Below, piece after piece: positions 38,356 to 51,000 of a stretch of 64,000 nucleotides of DNA. Below the pieces are notes generated by a model, which was not told the origin of the DNA, made no database searches, and was given only the letters and a program-made list of their open reading frames with translations. Position 1 is the first letter of the stretch. Each line of letters opens with the position of its first letter. This DNA comes from Octopus bimaculoides (lineage: Eukaryota). The stretch covers positions 89,363,083 to 89,427,082 of the forward strand of contig NC_068990.1 in the NCBI RefSeq assembly GCF_001194135.2, written 5' to 3'. The position numbers and the translations under genes were made by a program.

Positions 38356-41300
38356 ATATTATTCGAATTGTAATTGCTACATCTTAGTCCATATGAAGCT
38401 GCTTATTATAATCAGCAATAAAAGTTAATGTTATCAAGATCAATAGATCGCAGACTATCCGGTGGATACTATTAATAAGTTTTGTCCCAAAGCGATCGCA
38501 ATAAGCAGCTTCCACACACACTCTGGTGTGAGTGGGTGGGTGTATGTATGTATGTATGCATATATGTGTGTCATTATTCAGTTTATTTCAAGGTTTCTTG
38601 CTAATAGAGAAAGAACCGGTTTCTAACCTAGATCCAAGGCTCCTTCATTGGAATTTCAACACCAACAACGGTATTTTTGTATGTATATATGCAGACTTGT
38701 ATGTTTTGTTTTATGTATGTACTCTCATGCATATAGTTGCATGTCTAGACATGTTCATATATACTTAAATGATAAACTTCTGGAAAGTTTTACAGATTTT
38801 TACAGTTCCTGTGGTGGCTTGAATCTGTAATCTTCAAATCAGCTTTCTCCTTTCCAGTTTTGAGAAGCCTAATTTCTCAAGATTGGTGTTTAGGCAGTGT
38901 GTTACATAACCCAGTGACCCAATAATTACAGGTATAAATCTGAACTTGTAATCTGGATAGAGTAACAGTAGATTTTTCAATAATTCAGCATAGGTATTTT
39001 CTTTTTTACTGATCTTTAGCTCTATGTTAACATCCGCTGATTTCCACAACTGTACACAGTTTCTCTTTATCCCAAATCACCATCTCAGTTCTATTGTCTT
39101 TACATTTTACTGAGGTTTTCACTGGGATATTCCACCAGCACTCCTTTTTATTATGAGAGGCTATGGCTTCTACCACACTGTGGGTTCTTATTTCTTTGGC
39201 CTTGGGGTTATCCTTCTGATGGATCTCATTATATAGTGTCCTAGCTACAACATCATGTCTCATCGGTAAATAATACTGTGGTATGTATGTATGTATGCAT
39301 GCATGTATGCATCAATCAATCAATCATCGTCATCGCTTTAATGTCTAGTTTTTCATGCTGCATGGGTCAGACAATTTGTTGAGGCAATTTTCTATGGCCA
39401 GATGTCCTTCTGTTTGTCTTCCCTTGTTTCCAAGTAAGGTAATTTTCCCTCATTGTTGAACATGTTTTTACAGTAGATTGTAAGCAAAAGGCACTACTTT
39501 ACAGTGTCAAGACAAGGAGACACCTCCTTGCAAAGGTAAAAGAGTAAAAGAGTATGTCTATTAAAGGTAAAAGAGTATGTCTATTACAATTGATATACAC
39601 GGGTGCTGAAATCGGAAGGAGAATAAGAGCAGGATGGAAGGCATTTACAAAAAACTGCCCAAGACTCTATGTGCCAGACTCTTCAACAGCACTGTCCTAC
39701 CTCTGTGAGCTACTCTGAAGAGGAGAAAAACATTGATTGGCTACAATACAAAGGGCAATAGAAATATCATTGCAAGAACACATCTGGAATAAGATAATTT
39801 GAGACTGGTGTAGAGTGAAATACTGACAGCACAAGTTCTGGTGGGGCTGGATATGCTGCAAGATTCACAGACAACAGGTGGACCCATGCAATTGCTAAGT
39901 GGTATCCAAGAGAAGGCCTCCATGATGATAGGAAGGTGATTTAGTCAAACTATTTGGCCAAGGAAAAAAATGGTGCAGTGAAGAAAGAATTGGAAACATA
40001 TCATCATCAAAGACATGTAATAACATCTGATAGTCTGGTGAGACAGTGATCAGTGCAACATGGTCTGTGACTACAGAGGAATTGCAAAGGCTTGGAAGAA
40101 ATGAAGCTAGCATGCTCCACTGGATGGGTAATATCAATGTGCACACACGACTGAATGTAAATGATTTAAGAGGAAAACTGCGTATAAGGGGCATCAGATG
40201 TAGTGTTCAAGAAAGGAGACTGCTAGTTTGATCATATTGATGGGGATAGCTGCTTAAAAAAGGGGTGAGAAAGGATCTTCAGATGTTAGGCCTCACTGGA
40301 CCTCATGTGCAATTTCAGTGTGTATGTTTGACAGTATGTAAGCATCTTAACAGAAAAAGTTAGGCATAAGAGGTATCAGATGTGGTGTGCAAGAGAGATG
40401 ACTGTCCTGGTATGGTCATGTAATGTGTATGGATGAGGACAGCCATGTAAAGAAGTGCTGATCTCTAACTGTGGAGGACACCTGTGGTAGAGGTAGACCC
40501 AGGAAGACATGTGATGAAGTGGTGAAGCATGATCTTTGAACTTTGAGCCTCACAGAAGCAATGACTGGTGACCAAGACCTTCAGCTATATGCTGTGCTTA
40601 AGAAGATCCCTCAAGCCAAGTGAAATTGTAGTCATAGCAGATGCTGGTGTCATGTAACTGGCACTCGTGCCATTGGCATGTAAAGAGCACCTTTTGAGAG
40701 TTGGGCCTCATGGAGGCAAAGTGGCTGAGTTCTTTTCAAGCATTGGGCCTCATAGAGGCAATGACTAAGAGTTTTGGCATTATGTTATGTTTGAGGAGAA
40801 GAGCCATCAAACCAAGCAAAATCGTAGTTGTAGCAGATACTGGTATCACACAAATGGCACTTGTGCCAGTGGCATGTAAAAACACCCATTATACTCTCGG
40901 AGTGGTTGGCATTAGGAGGGGCATCCAGCTGTTGAAAACTATGCCAAATCAGACTGGAGTCTGATGCAGCCTTCCAGCTTACCAGCCCTGGTCAAACAGT
41001 CCAACCCATGCCAGCATGGACAACGGACACTAAATAATGATGATGATGATGATATATATATATATATATATATACATGCAATAATTATACATATAGGCGT
41101 AGGAGTGGCTGTGTGGTAAGTAGCTTGCTTACCAACCACATGGTCCCGGGTTCAGTCCCACTGCGTGGCATCTTGGGCAAGTGCCTTCTACTATAGCCTC
41201 GGGCCGACCAATGCCTTGTGAGTGGATTTGGTAGACGGAAACTGAAAGAAGCCCGTCGTATATGTGTATATATATGTGTATGTGTGTGTGTGTTTGTATG

Positions 41301-44300
41301 TCTGTGTTTGTCCCCCCAACATCGCCTGACAACCGATGCTGGTGTGTTTATGTCCCCGTAACTTAGTGGTTCGGCTATAGAGACCGATAGAATAAGTACT
41401 AGGCTTCCAAAGAATAAGTCCTGGGGTCGATTTCTTCGACTAAAGGCGGTGCTCCAGCATGGCCGCAGTCAAATGACTGAAACAAGTAAAAGAGTAAAAG
41501 AGTATAGGATATATGTATAGGTATTGCTTCAAGATGTGTCATCCAACCCATGTCAACAGAGAAAACCAGATGTAAAATGATGAGGATGTTATATACATGT
41601 ATGTATATGTATCTTATAAAGATGATTATGCATCAGTGTGTATATACGTAACTGAAATAACTTCTCTTTCTATTCACCTCCCTAAACTTACACCATTTCT
41701 AAAGGCAAGCACTTTGTTGAAGTAATGGACTGATTATTTTACTTGTTCATCAACCAATGTGTCTATTTTTCTTTTCTCTATCAAATTGATGTTTATCATA
41801 AGTTTATCTTTAAAAAGTGTGTATTTTTAGAGCATGAATTAAACAATTTTTTTGATTTCTTGATTTCTCATTGCAGTTGCTTTACATTTTTAACAAATTA
41901 TTACGGTTCCCAGTTACTATTGATATTTTACAGGTAAGAACATTGATAATTATGTTTATTCATTGTGTTATTATTCTAAGGTGGTAAGCTGGCAGAATCA
42001 TTAGCGTGACTGGCAAAATACTTAGTGGTTTAAACCTTAATACAAAAAGTCATTGCTTTATTTTTCTTGCTCATAGCACATATTCTGCTTGATTTTATGC
42101 TCCAGCCTTATTTCACAGTTGAATGGTTAAAAATAGGAAGGGTATTGCAAAGTTGAAAAAACAATTGTGCCAATAAGAAAACCGTCTCATTTTCTTTGAT
42201 GGCGTAGGTTGAATAGGTTGTTGCAGTCCAAGTCAGTCCTTGGTGAGCTCCCTAGCTGGGTCTAAGGTTCTTCATTCAAATCTAATCCAGAACCTAGTGC
42301 ATATCCTGGAAAGTTCTGAACATCTGATGACAATCAGGCAGCAAACTATAGCACAGATATATAACAATAATAAATAGTAAATACACACTTTAAAGATGAG
42401 ATTGATTGTCTTGTTAATTGTAATGTTAGTAATAACAAACACCTGAGACATTGAGTTAGATGAAATGTCTATCGATCCACTTCATTTAACAAAACAGAAC
42501 ACAAGTCCTATATCTACTGTGATTAGTAGTAGCGAAAGGGCATCTATTTTTATTGGCTCCAGTAAAAATGAAATAATTTCACTCATTTTTGGAGGGTAGG
42601 CACCCATAACTACTGCAGGTTGGTGAAGTTGATGATGTTGCTGTCCAGTTTCAACATCTGCATTTCGATGCCTATAATTGTGTATTCAGCACTGTTGATA
42701 ATTAATTGGAAAAAAAGTTTATCAGAATGGTAAACTGAAGAACCATATATTTTTTGTCTTTTTGTTTGTTTTTAACAACTTGACATGGTTACCCCTTTTG
42801 ATATTAACTTACATGAAACAACCTTTAGTTGTACGATACAAATTGCCTGTTTTAAATTGATCTAAATTGAAACTTTCCATTAAAATTTTGTGTCAAACTA
42901 TATTCCAGACACAATTCTAATAATGAAAAAGTTATTGTAATAAAGCCTTCATTATTTTCAAAATAAAAATTGAAACAAAGGTCAATAAATACCATGCCAG
43001 TCCAAACGGGTGATTTTGGGAATTATTAGAGCATTGGATGAGATGACTTGTGGTATTTTTTCTGTTCATTGTGTTTTGAGGTCAAATTCTACCTAAGGTG
43101 CTGATGTGTAGAGCTAATTACTCAACTACAAAAGTGCTCTGGTCAACCTGCAGTTGGCCAATGTTGGTTTAGAGACAGGTTGGCTTATAGTTAGAACCTC
43201 CATTGGACAAAGTCGACCATTTATCCATAGATGTATGTATAGGCTTAGGCAAGATTTTTTGAGGAAGACTGCCAGTTGCCCATGTTAGCATGTCTCCCCT
43301 CTCCATGACACCGGTGTTTAGCTAAGGGAACGGCTGCTGACTTAGGCTGATACAGTTTGGCACTGGTCTCGTCACAGATGTTGCTGTCAGAATGTAAAGA
43401 GCCAGAGCAGATACCAATCTTCTAACCTTTGATTTGTACTTTTTGTCCTGAAACTATGCAGGACAAAGGTGACCTTAGGCAAAATTTGAATTTAAAGTAC
43501 AAAGAGTCAGAACAAGTGATGCAAGCCATACTGTCCGATGCTCCAATGACTTCACTGCCTTGCTGGGCTTATAACCACCATAGATAAGTTGGTAATGGTA
43601 TGCTGAAGCCATCAGTCAGCAGTAGAACAACACTAATTGAATGGAACTAATGTAGGTAATGTTTTTTCTTATGTTATTGTTTTTTTGTCATTTTGCCAGA
43701 TGACTGGAATTGGAAAAGCTGTCAACTCATTTAGAAAGCGTGAAGGTGAGATTGGGGAGAAAGCACGAGCAGTGGTAACTTTGTGGAAATCTCTAGTGTC
43801 AAAACAAGAAAACAATCTCACAGACAAACGGTCAGTAAGTAGTAGTTCATCTCCATATAATTCCACATCCACGGAACAATCTGGCAAGACTTCATCTGAT
43901 GATGAGAAAACCACTCCTTGCCGAACAAAACGTCAGTCTTCTCCTCAATCTTCTCCTCAATCTTCTCCTCAACCAAGATCTTCCACAAAAGAATGTGATA
44001 AAACTTCTGAAAATATCAAAGAGAGGAAAAAGCACCAGAGCAGCAAAAGCAATTCAGAGACTTCCCAATCACCAGAAAAGAAAAACAAAACTGCCAGTGA
44101 TTCAAGCAAAGAACATCATCACAGTTCAAAGAGTAAAAGTGAGTCTGAGAGCAAAACAAAAGTAAAGAAATCACAGAATCTCAAAGGGAAGAAAAAATCT
44201 GCAGAAGATGGCTTGAGTTTTGAGGACTTTATGAACTATGATGATTCATCAATGAAGAAAAAGTTTAAGAAAAGGAAACATGACAAAGATGATAGTAGTA

Positions 44301-47300
44301 AGTCTTCAAAAGAAAGGAAAGAATTGAACTCTTCTAAAGTTAGTAGTAAAAGTCATTCTTCAAAATCTTCATCTTCTTCCTGTTTACAATTAAGTAAAAA
44401 ATCCAAAGAGCCTAAAAGTAGCACATCTCAGGTTTTACATGTGCCTTCAGCTTCCAAAGAGGTAAGTCTTAAAATCATTTTGTTATAATTAAAAGCAGCG
44501 GATGATGAATTGAACTGATAAACACAGTTCTATATTTTAAGAGATGAGCAATTATGTACATTATTTACATTTGACGGATATTTGTCCCCATCTTGTTTGT
44601 TGTGAACACAATGTTTTGGCTGATATACCCTCCAGCCTTCATACCAGGTGTCTTGGGAAAATTTTGAACCTGGGTTCTCATTCTAAAAAAAAAAAAGGAC
44701 CATGGGTATATCTATCCCTCTATCATACTCTAACCTCTCACCTGGCATACAACCACTTGCCTTGGTCCCGCTCTCAACTAAGCGAACCTTGTCTTGCAAG
44801 TTTCTCGGTGACCCCTGTAGTGCCATGTAAAACAGCACCTGTGCCAGAAACAGTTAAAAAGCACTTGTACCAGTGCTACACTACCCATAGCCCCCAGTAC
44901 TCTCTGCACAGTGTTTGGCATTAGGAGTGACATCTAGCCATAGAAACCATGCCAAAACAGACAATTGGGATCTGGACAGCACTCCAGCTGGCCAGCTCCT
45001 GTCAAACTGTCCAACCCATGCCAGCATGGAAAATGGACGTTAAATGATAGTGATGAAGGATCATCAGTCTTTTTTCAGAATAAAAGGGCAAGAGAAAAAG
45101 ATGTAGAGAGTTTAGTAATGAAGTGTAGAGTGTATCGATTTTTCCCTCAGCGTCTTTTCCTTCTCTTTCTTTTGTTCTTCTAGCTAGAAGGATGTATCAT
45201 AACAGAGAGAGAGAGAGAGAAATGGTGTGTGTGTGTCCGTGTTTGTGTGTATAAGGAAGAGAGAGGAAAAGAGAGTGAGAGAAATGGGAATAAAAAGGGA
45301 GTAAGGGATATGGGAGAAAGAGAGTGATCTGAAGTATTTATGTATTGCTATTTTAGGGAAAATGCAAAATATATAAATGTTCTTTGAATTAACTAATCTC
45401 CTGGTTCTGTTCCTTTATCTTTGATTCTTCCAGCTTCTTCCTTCTGAATCTGAAATATTGAGTTCTTTACCAGAAACTCAGGCCCATTACCATCCATGGA
45501 GACTCAGTGATGCTAACAAAGTAGAACGGAAAGCAGTGACAAACAGTAAGTAACTTATCAATGAATTGATACGGTTTTCGGTGTAAATTCCTTTCTTATC
45601 AAGTCTTTTGTGTGATGATGAAAAGCTTGGTGGAAACAGGGCCACACTGTGAATGTTCCTGACCCTTCCAGTGTAAATGAAGCCTAGCACAGGCCTGGCT
45701 GCCCTGTTAAGAAATTTGCTTTGCAACAACGTTGTTTAAGGTTTGATCTCATAGAGCACTTTGAGCTAATGTTTACTACTGCAACCAATGTCACATGAGT
45801 GGATTCTTATTGATGGAAACCTGATGTGTATATACATACTACATATGCACATACCTAAACATGCACACACATGTGCATTCTGTTTGTGCTTGTTGATAAA
45901 TTCACCAACTGAAAGAACTCAGTACATTGGGGTGTTATGAATATTTTATAAGCAGTGTCTTAAATGGTATCTGACAACAACTTGAGTTTCACATCTGAGG
46001 GCAGATATCTGGCTTGGTTTGGGTCAATCCAAAGTCTCTCCACCTTTTCCAATTCTCAGACTGCCTTGTTTCATTACACAAAATAGCTGGTGGTAATGTG
46101 AATGACTGATAAGCAAGGCAGGTGGAAAGTGCTGAACAACTTTTGGTAAACAAAGTGAAGAAAAATATTGCTGAAGCCTTCTTGGCTTGATACAAAGAGG
46201 CATTTAATTCTATTCATCACTCATAGTTGCTGGAGATACCATACTTAATGAAAGCACCTTAATTGCTGCTATTGAAAGTCTCTCAAAGACCAGTTTAACA
46301 TTCCTTGAATTTGTGACTGGATGTAGAAAGGTTGTCTTCAGTACTTTAAATCTTTCAAAAGCAATATGTCACAGTAACAATTGATTTTTCTTTCTGTTAT
46401 GTCTAAACGCTACTGCTATCTAGCACCTTCGGATGATCTCTACTCAACCGCTACTCAACACACTACCACGGCTAGGCCACCTCTATTTATATGTCTTGGG
46501 AGATCCTACTTCTTTACCTGGGGGTGTCGACACAACACTTTCAGTAATTTTTAATAGTCTGGGCAACTGTTCTTTGCAAATAGTAGTCCTTTAATGTTGG
46601 TCCAAGTCACCAAGTGCCCTTGAGTCACCTGTAGTATTGTCAAACATTCATAAAATGTTAAAATCCAAATTTAGTGACTCACAGCATCTGTTGGCCCTGG
46701 GAGAGAAACAATTCTTGAACCATTCTTTAAATACAGATTTTGCAACCAGAGCTGGGAACCATTGTTATGTCAGTTGTAAACATGTCAATCTTCAATTTTT
46801 ATCCTCTGCTAGATTTCAATATTCACATACATACATTTATATACACACACAAACACATATATATATTTGAGGTTTCTGTTAATTACTGGGATGTCCCTCT
46901 CGTTTTTTTCTCTTTAGGTGGTGATGATCTCGATTCTGTGCTTATTGGAATTAAATCAAGAACACGAGAATGTGTGTATTCTGGGAAGAAAGCAGCTTTA
47001 AAAGGTAACTGGTTTCATTTTATACACTCTACCCTCATTTCACTTATATATATCCCGGTCTTACTTCATACATACTCTGGACTCATTTTACACATTACCC
47101 ACTTTACCATTGTATTTCTTTGTGCACTGTTATGAAGTAAATGATTCAACTATGACCGAATATATTTTTATAACAAATATATATTATTATGTAGCTTTCA
47201 AGTTTTATTCAGCTGTAAGTCCATACATTCTTCATCCAGTTCAGGCAGCTCTTTGGGGGCCTCTGGGACTGATGGGAATGAGGAAGAATTTTATCCACAG

Positions 47301-48023
47301 ACCTGATCCAAATGTTTGTAGCCTCTGTTAAAAGAATCCAATGTTTCTATATTTGCATTTTCTTTTTTTGTAAAAGTTAAAAAAATAAGGATGTTGTCAA
47401 TCAGTTTATTCAGGGCACCAACAGCCTGGGTAGTTGTAAAAAAACAATAGAATAAGGCCTTAGCTAACCAAGAGTGTGAGGATAGAAGGCCTTGCTACTG
47501 TTCTTTTCTGTGAGGATAAGATATAAATAAAGGGTTCTAAATTGCAAAGCAGTGTGTTTGTGTGAACCAGGGTGTCATTGGGGTGGGGGTATGAGAATGT
47601 GGCTGAAATGATACTGGTACATTTGACCTGAGTGACAATGAAAAGAAACAAACATAAAAGCTTTCCTTTAGGGGTCATTGTTGACTGAAGAATAATTTAA
47701 CTATTTATTAACACGTGCACAGAGAGGGAGACAAAAGATTGATGTAAAGTTTTGGCTAGGGGTCTGCTTCTCAGAGAGTGTGCATGTGTGTGTGTGTGTG
47801 TGTGTGTGCGTGTGTGTGTGTGTGTGTGAGAGAGAAGGAGATGTAATGTTCTATTATTTAACACACTTACACTATATATTTTTTCTATTCTAGAAGTACC
47901 AACGTTATTTTCTGCCTGTATTCAAGTCCTGATTGAAAATATCGATGGTAAGAGAGATCTTTCGTTTTATTAGAAATTGAAAATATTTTATACTTTACTT
48001 CCTTTGATCACTTCCATTTATTT

Positions 48024-48058
<35 letters not shown>

Positions 48059-51000
48059 AATACTGAGTTAAACCCCCACTTTTGAATGGAAAAAGTCAAA
48101 GATGTTTGCAGATGTGGGTTTGAGTCCCTTCTCAGCAGCCTTCAACTTTTCCATCCAAGGAGTCTCATCATCATCATCGTTTAACGTCCGCTTTCCATGC
48201 TGGCATGGGTTGGACGGTTTGACTGAGTGCTGGCGAGCCAGAAGGTTCCAATCTGATCTGGCAGAGTTTCTACAGCTGGATGCCCTTCCTAACGCCAACC
48301 ACTCTGAGAGTGTAGTGGGTGCTTTGGAGAGATATTACTTACCTTGGAAACAGATGAGGGCTGGTGACAGAAAGAGCATCCAGCCATAGTTTATCTGCTT
48401 TAACAAATTCCGTCTGACACTTGCAAGTATGGAAAAATGGGTGTTAAAACAGATGTGATAATGATGAGAGAGAAAGAGATATTCACACACACACTCTTGT
48501 ATTTATGAGTGTGTCTCTATCCACGTCTGTTTATATTTACTGGTGTAAACTAGTGTATCAAGTTACCTCCCTTTATGTCTTAAATATACACAATTTAACA
48601 TTCTGATAGGCAGACGTAAGTAAAGACGTTGATATAATTGACCAAATTCCTTGAATTCAGTGCCCCAGCATGGCCATTATCCAATAATTGATAACTGGAA
48701 AAGTGTAAACCAATTTGAGATTTTTTAAAGTTTTGATTTTATTTTTGATTTCTTACTTAATTTTTTATAATTGCAGGTCTTGAATATGTTGGTGGTATAC
48801 CATTTCAAATCCTTCAGCCAGTTCTGGAGCGCTGTACTGTATCTCAGCTTTATACTTTAGAAGACTACAACCCGGTAAACACAGCTTGTTCTCTGCCCTC
48901 CTTAGTAATTCCTTAGGAATTTCATCAACATCCATCATTATTCTAATGTTATTGTTTAGCCCCAAGTCAACCATGGTCTAGTGTAGCTCTGATCTAAGTC
49001 ATTCCAGCTGTGACCATCTAGTTTTTTTTTTATTCAGATGTAGCATACCTAGGACTACATTATGTTTATTTCCATTTGCTATGGTGATAGGATGGGTTGA
49101 AAGAGACTTAGCTGCTATTTCCAGACTGAAAGACACTTAGCTGCTATTACTGCAATACTTGCTTCAGGGTTGAGATATTTGCCTCTTTTAACTGAACATT
49201 AAATAGAAATGACGTTTACATAAAATATGAGTACGTTTATTCTTACATGTTTCAGTTACTGGACTCTGGCCATGCTGGGGCACTTCTTTGACGGGTTTAG
49301 TTGAATAAATCATCTCCTCCACTCATGTTTTCAGCCTGGAAATTATTCTGATTAAATGCTTTCATAAAACTGCTGCTTCCACTAGTGTCGTTGTCTTCAT
49401 CATCATCATCATCATTTCTTTTTATCCATTAAGATATGTGTCTAATGATTCCATGTCTCTACTTTCAGCATTTCCTTGAAGACTCGGACAAACTATGGAA
49501 AATTCATTGTCAACGGAAGTTTCGTGGTTATGAACCAGATGAGATGGAATCCTGGAGAGAAATGTATTTAGTAAGAATGATTTGTTATTAGGTAGTATTA
49601 GCTCTCAGAGATTTGTCTTAGAATGGTAATGGAATTCAGTAGCATTCATGCCCACTTCTCTCTCTCTCTCTCTCTCTCTTTCTGTTTCTTTCTCTGTCTG
49701 TCTGTCTCTTTCTTTCGAGGGCATTATCAATGTTTTCAATGAAAAAAAAACGTTGATTTTTATCTAGGGAGCCTTTCCCTATTTTAGGGACTTTTTTGAT
49801 TTATAGGAAAGTGAAGCAATTAGAATGTAAGAGCATGAGAGAAAGAGAAAGAGAGAAATATTCATATGACATTACATGCATGAATTGATACACACACACA
49901 TACAAACACAAAGACACAGACATACACACAGACACACACACAGACACATACCCACACATGCATGCACACAACACACACACACACAAACACACAGAGACAC
50001 ACACACAGACACACACTAACACAGACACACACGCAATCACACAGACACACAGAGACACACATACAAAGACACCCCCCCCCATCTCCAAACAAAACACATA
50101 AATATATCAAAGATACATTTCTGCTTATACAAAAAACAGGCTGACTCTTTATTTCATGGTTGGTTTAGCTGTAGGAAGCTAAGACATTTTATTGTAATTT
50201 TGTTTTTATATTAACAGAGAAAGTTTGATGAGCGTGAAGCGAAATTAAAAGTGGTTAAGGCTAGTATTTCAGCCTCAATGTCCAAGGTTACTCCAGGTAG
50301 GTAACTTGGAATTCTTTTCACTTTTCTTTGTTTTTATAAGTTGATGAGAAGAGAAAGTGCAGTGTCCATCTCTTCTTCATGCCCTCTTTCTCAAATTCAA
50401 TGTCACTTCTTGCTTTGTTCTGTGGTATTCTATCCCTTCATTTGTCCATTCTAAAACACCCACCGTAGAGATTCTGTACTAAAACTTCTGACCAGTTTCC
50501 CTTCCCGTAACTACTTCTAGAACCTCACTTCCTCTCTATGTTTTTCCCTGCAGCCTTTCAAACTGAAAATTTGGCAGTGGCTGTGAGGCTAAAATGATGA
50601 ACTTCTGACCTGATGGTTGTAAGTTCAAACTATAGCTCTTCTGCAACCATTGTGTTGTTCACTTTGATATATGACACACAACTCTGCATATTTCATAGTT
50701 CGATGGTCAACAATCAAAAGGTCTCCCAGCTGGAAAAAAGAAATTGTCTCCAATCTGAGTTTATAAGGTGTAAAATGGCTGTAAAGCATCAAGAAATACT
50801 ACAACATTTAAAAAAAAATTTTGTTTTATTTGAAATGTAAGAAAATCAAAAATTAAAATGAAAGCTTCATGTTTTGTATCTGATTGTCTAACAGCAATAT
50901 CGGTGTATTTGAACATCTTGGTAACTTTGTTATTAATTAATAATACAGCAACTGCAATACAGAATTTCAGATGAAACCTCTTGCCAAATTTAAGCAAGAG

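Noticed and set aside
43637-43699. ORF-track N-terminus [10 protein letters not shown]... of the 283-aa ORF
   Set aside because: Intronic; the ELOA exon starts at the acceptor before 43700.
44498-44520. ATGATGA...CTGA as a possible C/D snoRNA in the ELOA intron
   Set aside because: The boxes are only about 10 nt apart, too short for a snoRNA.
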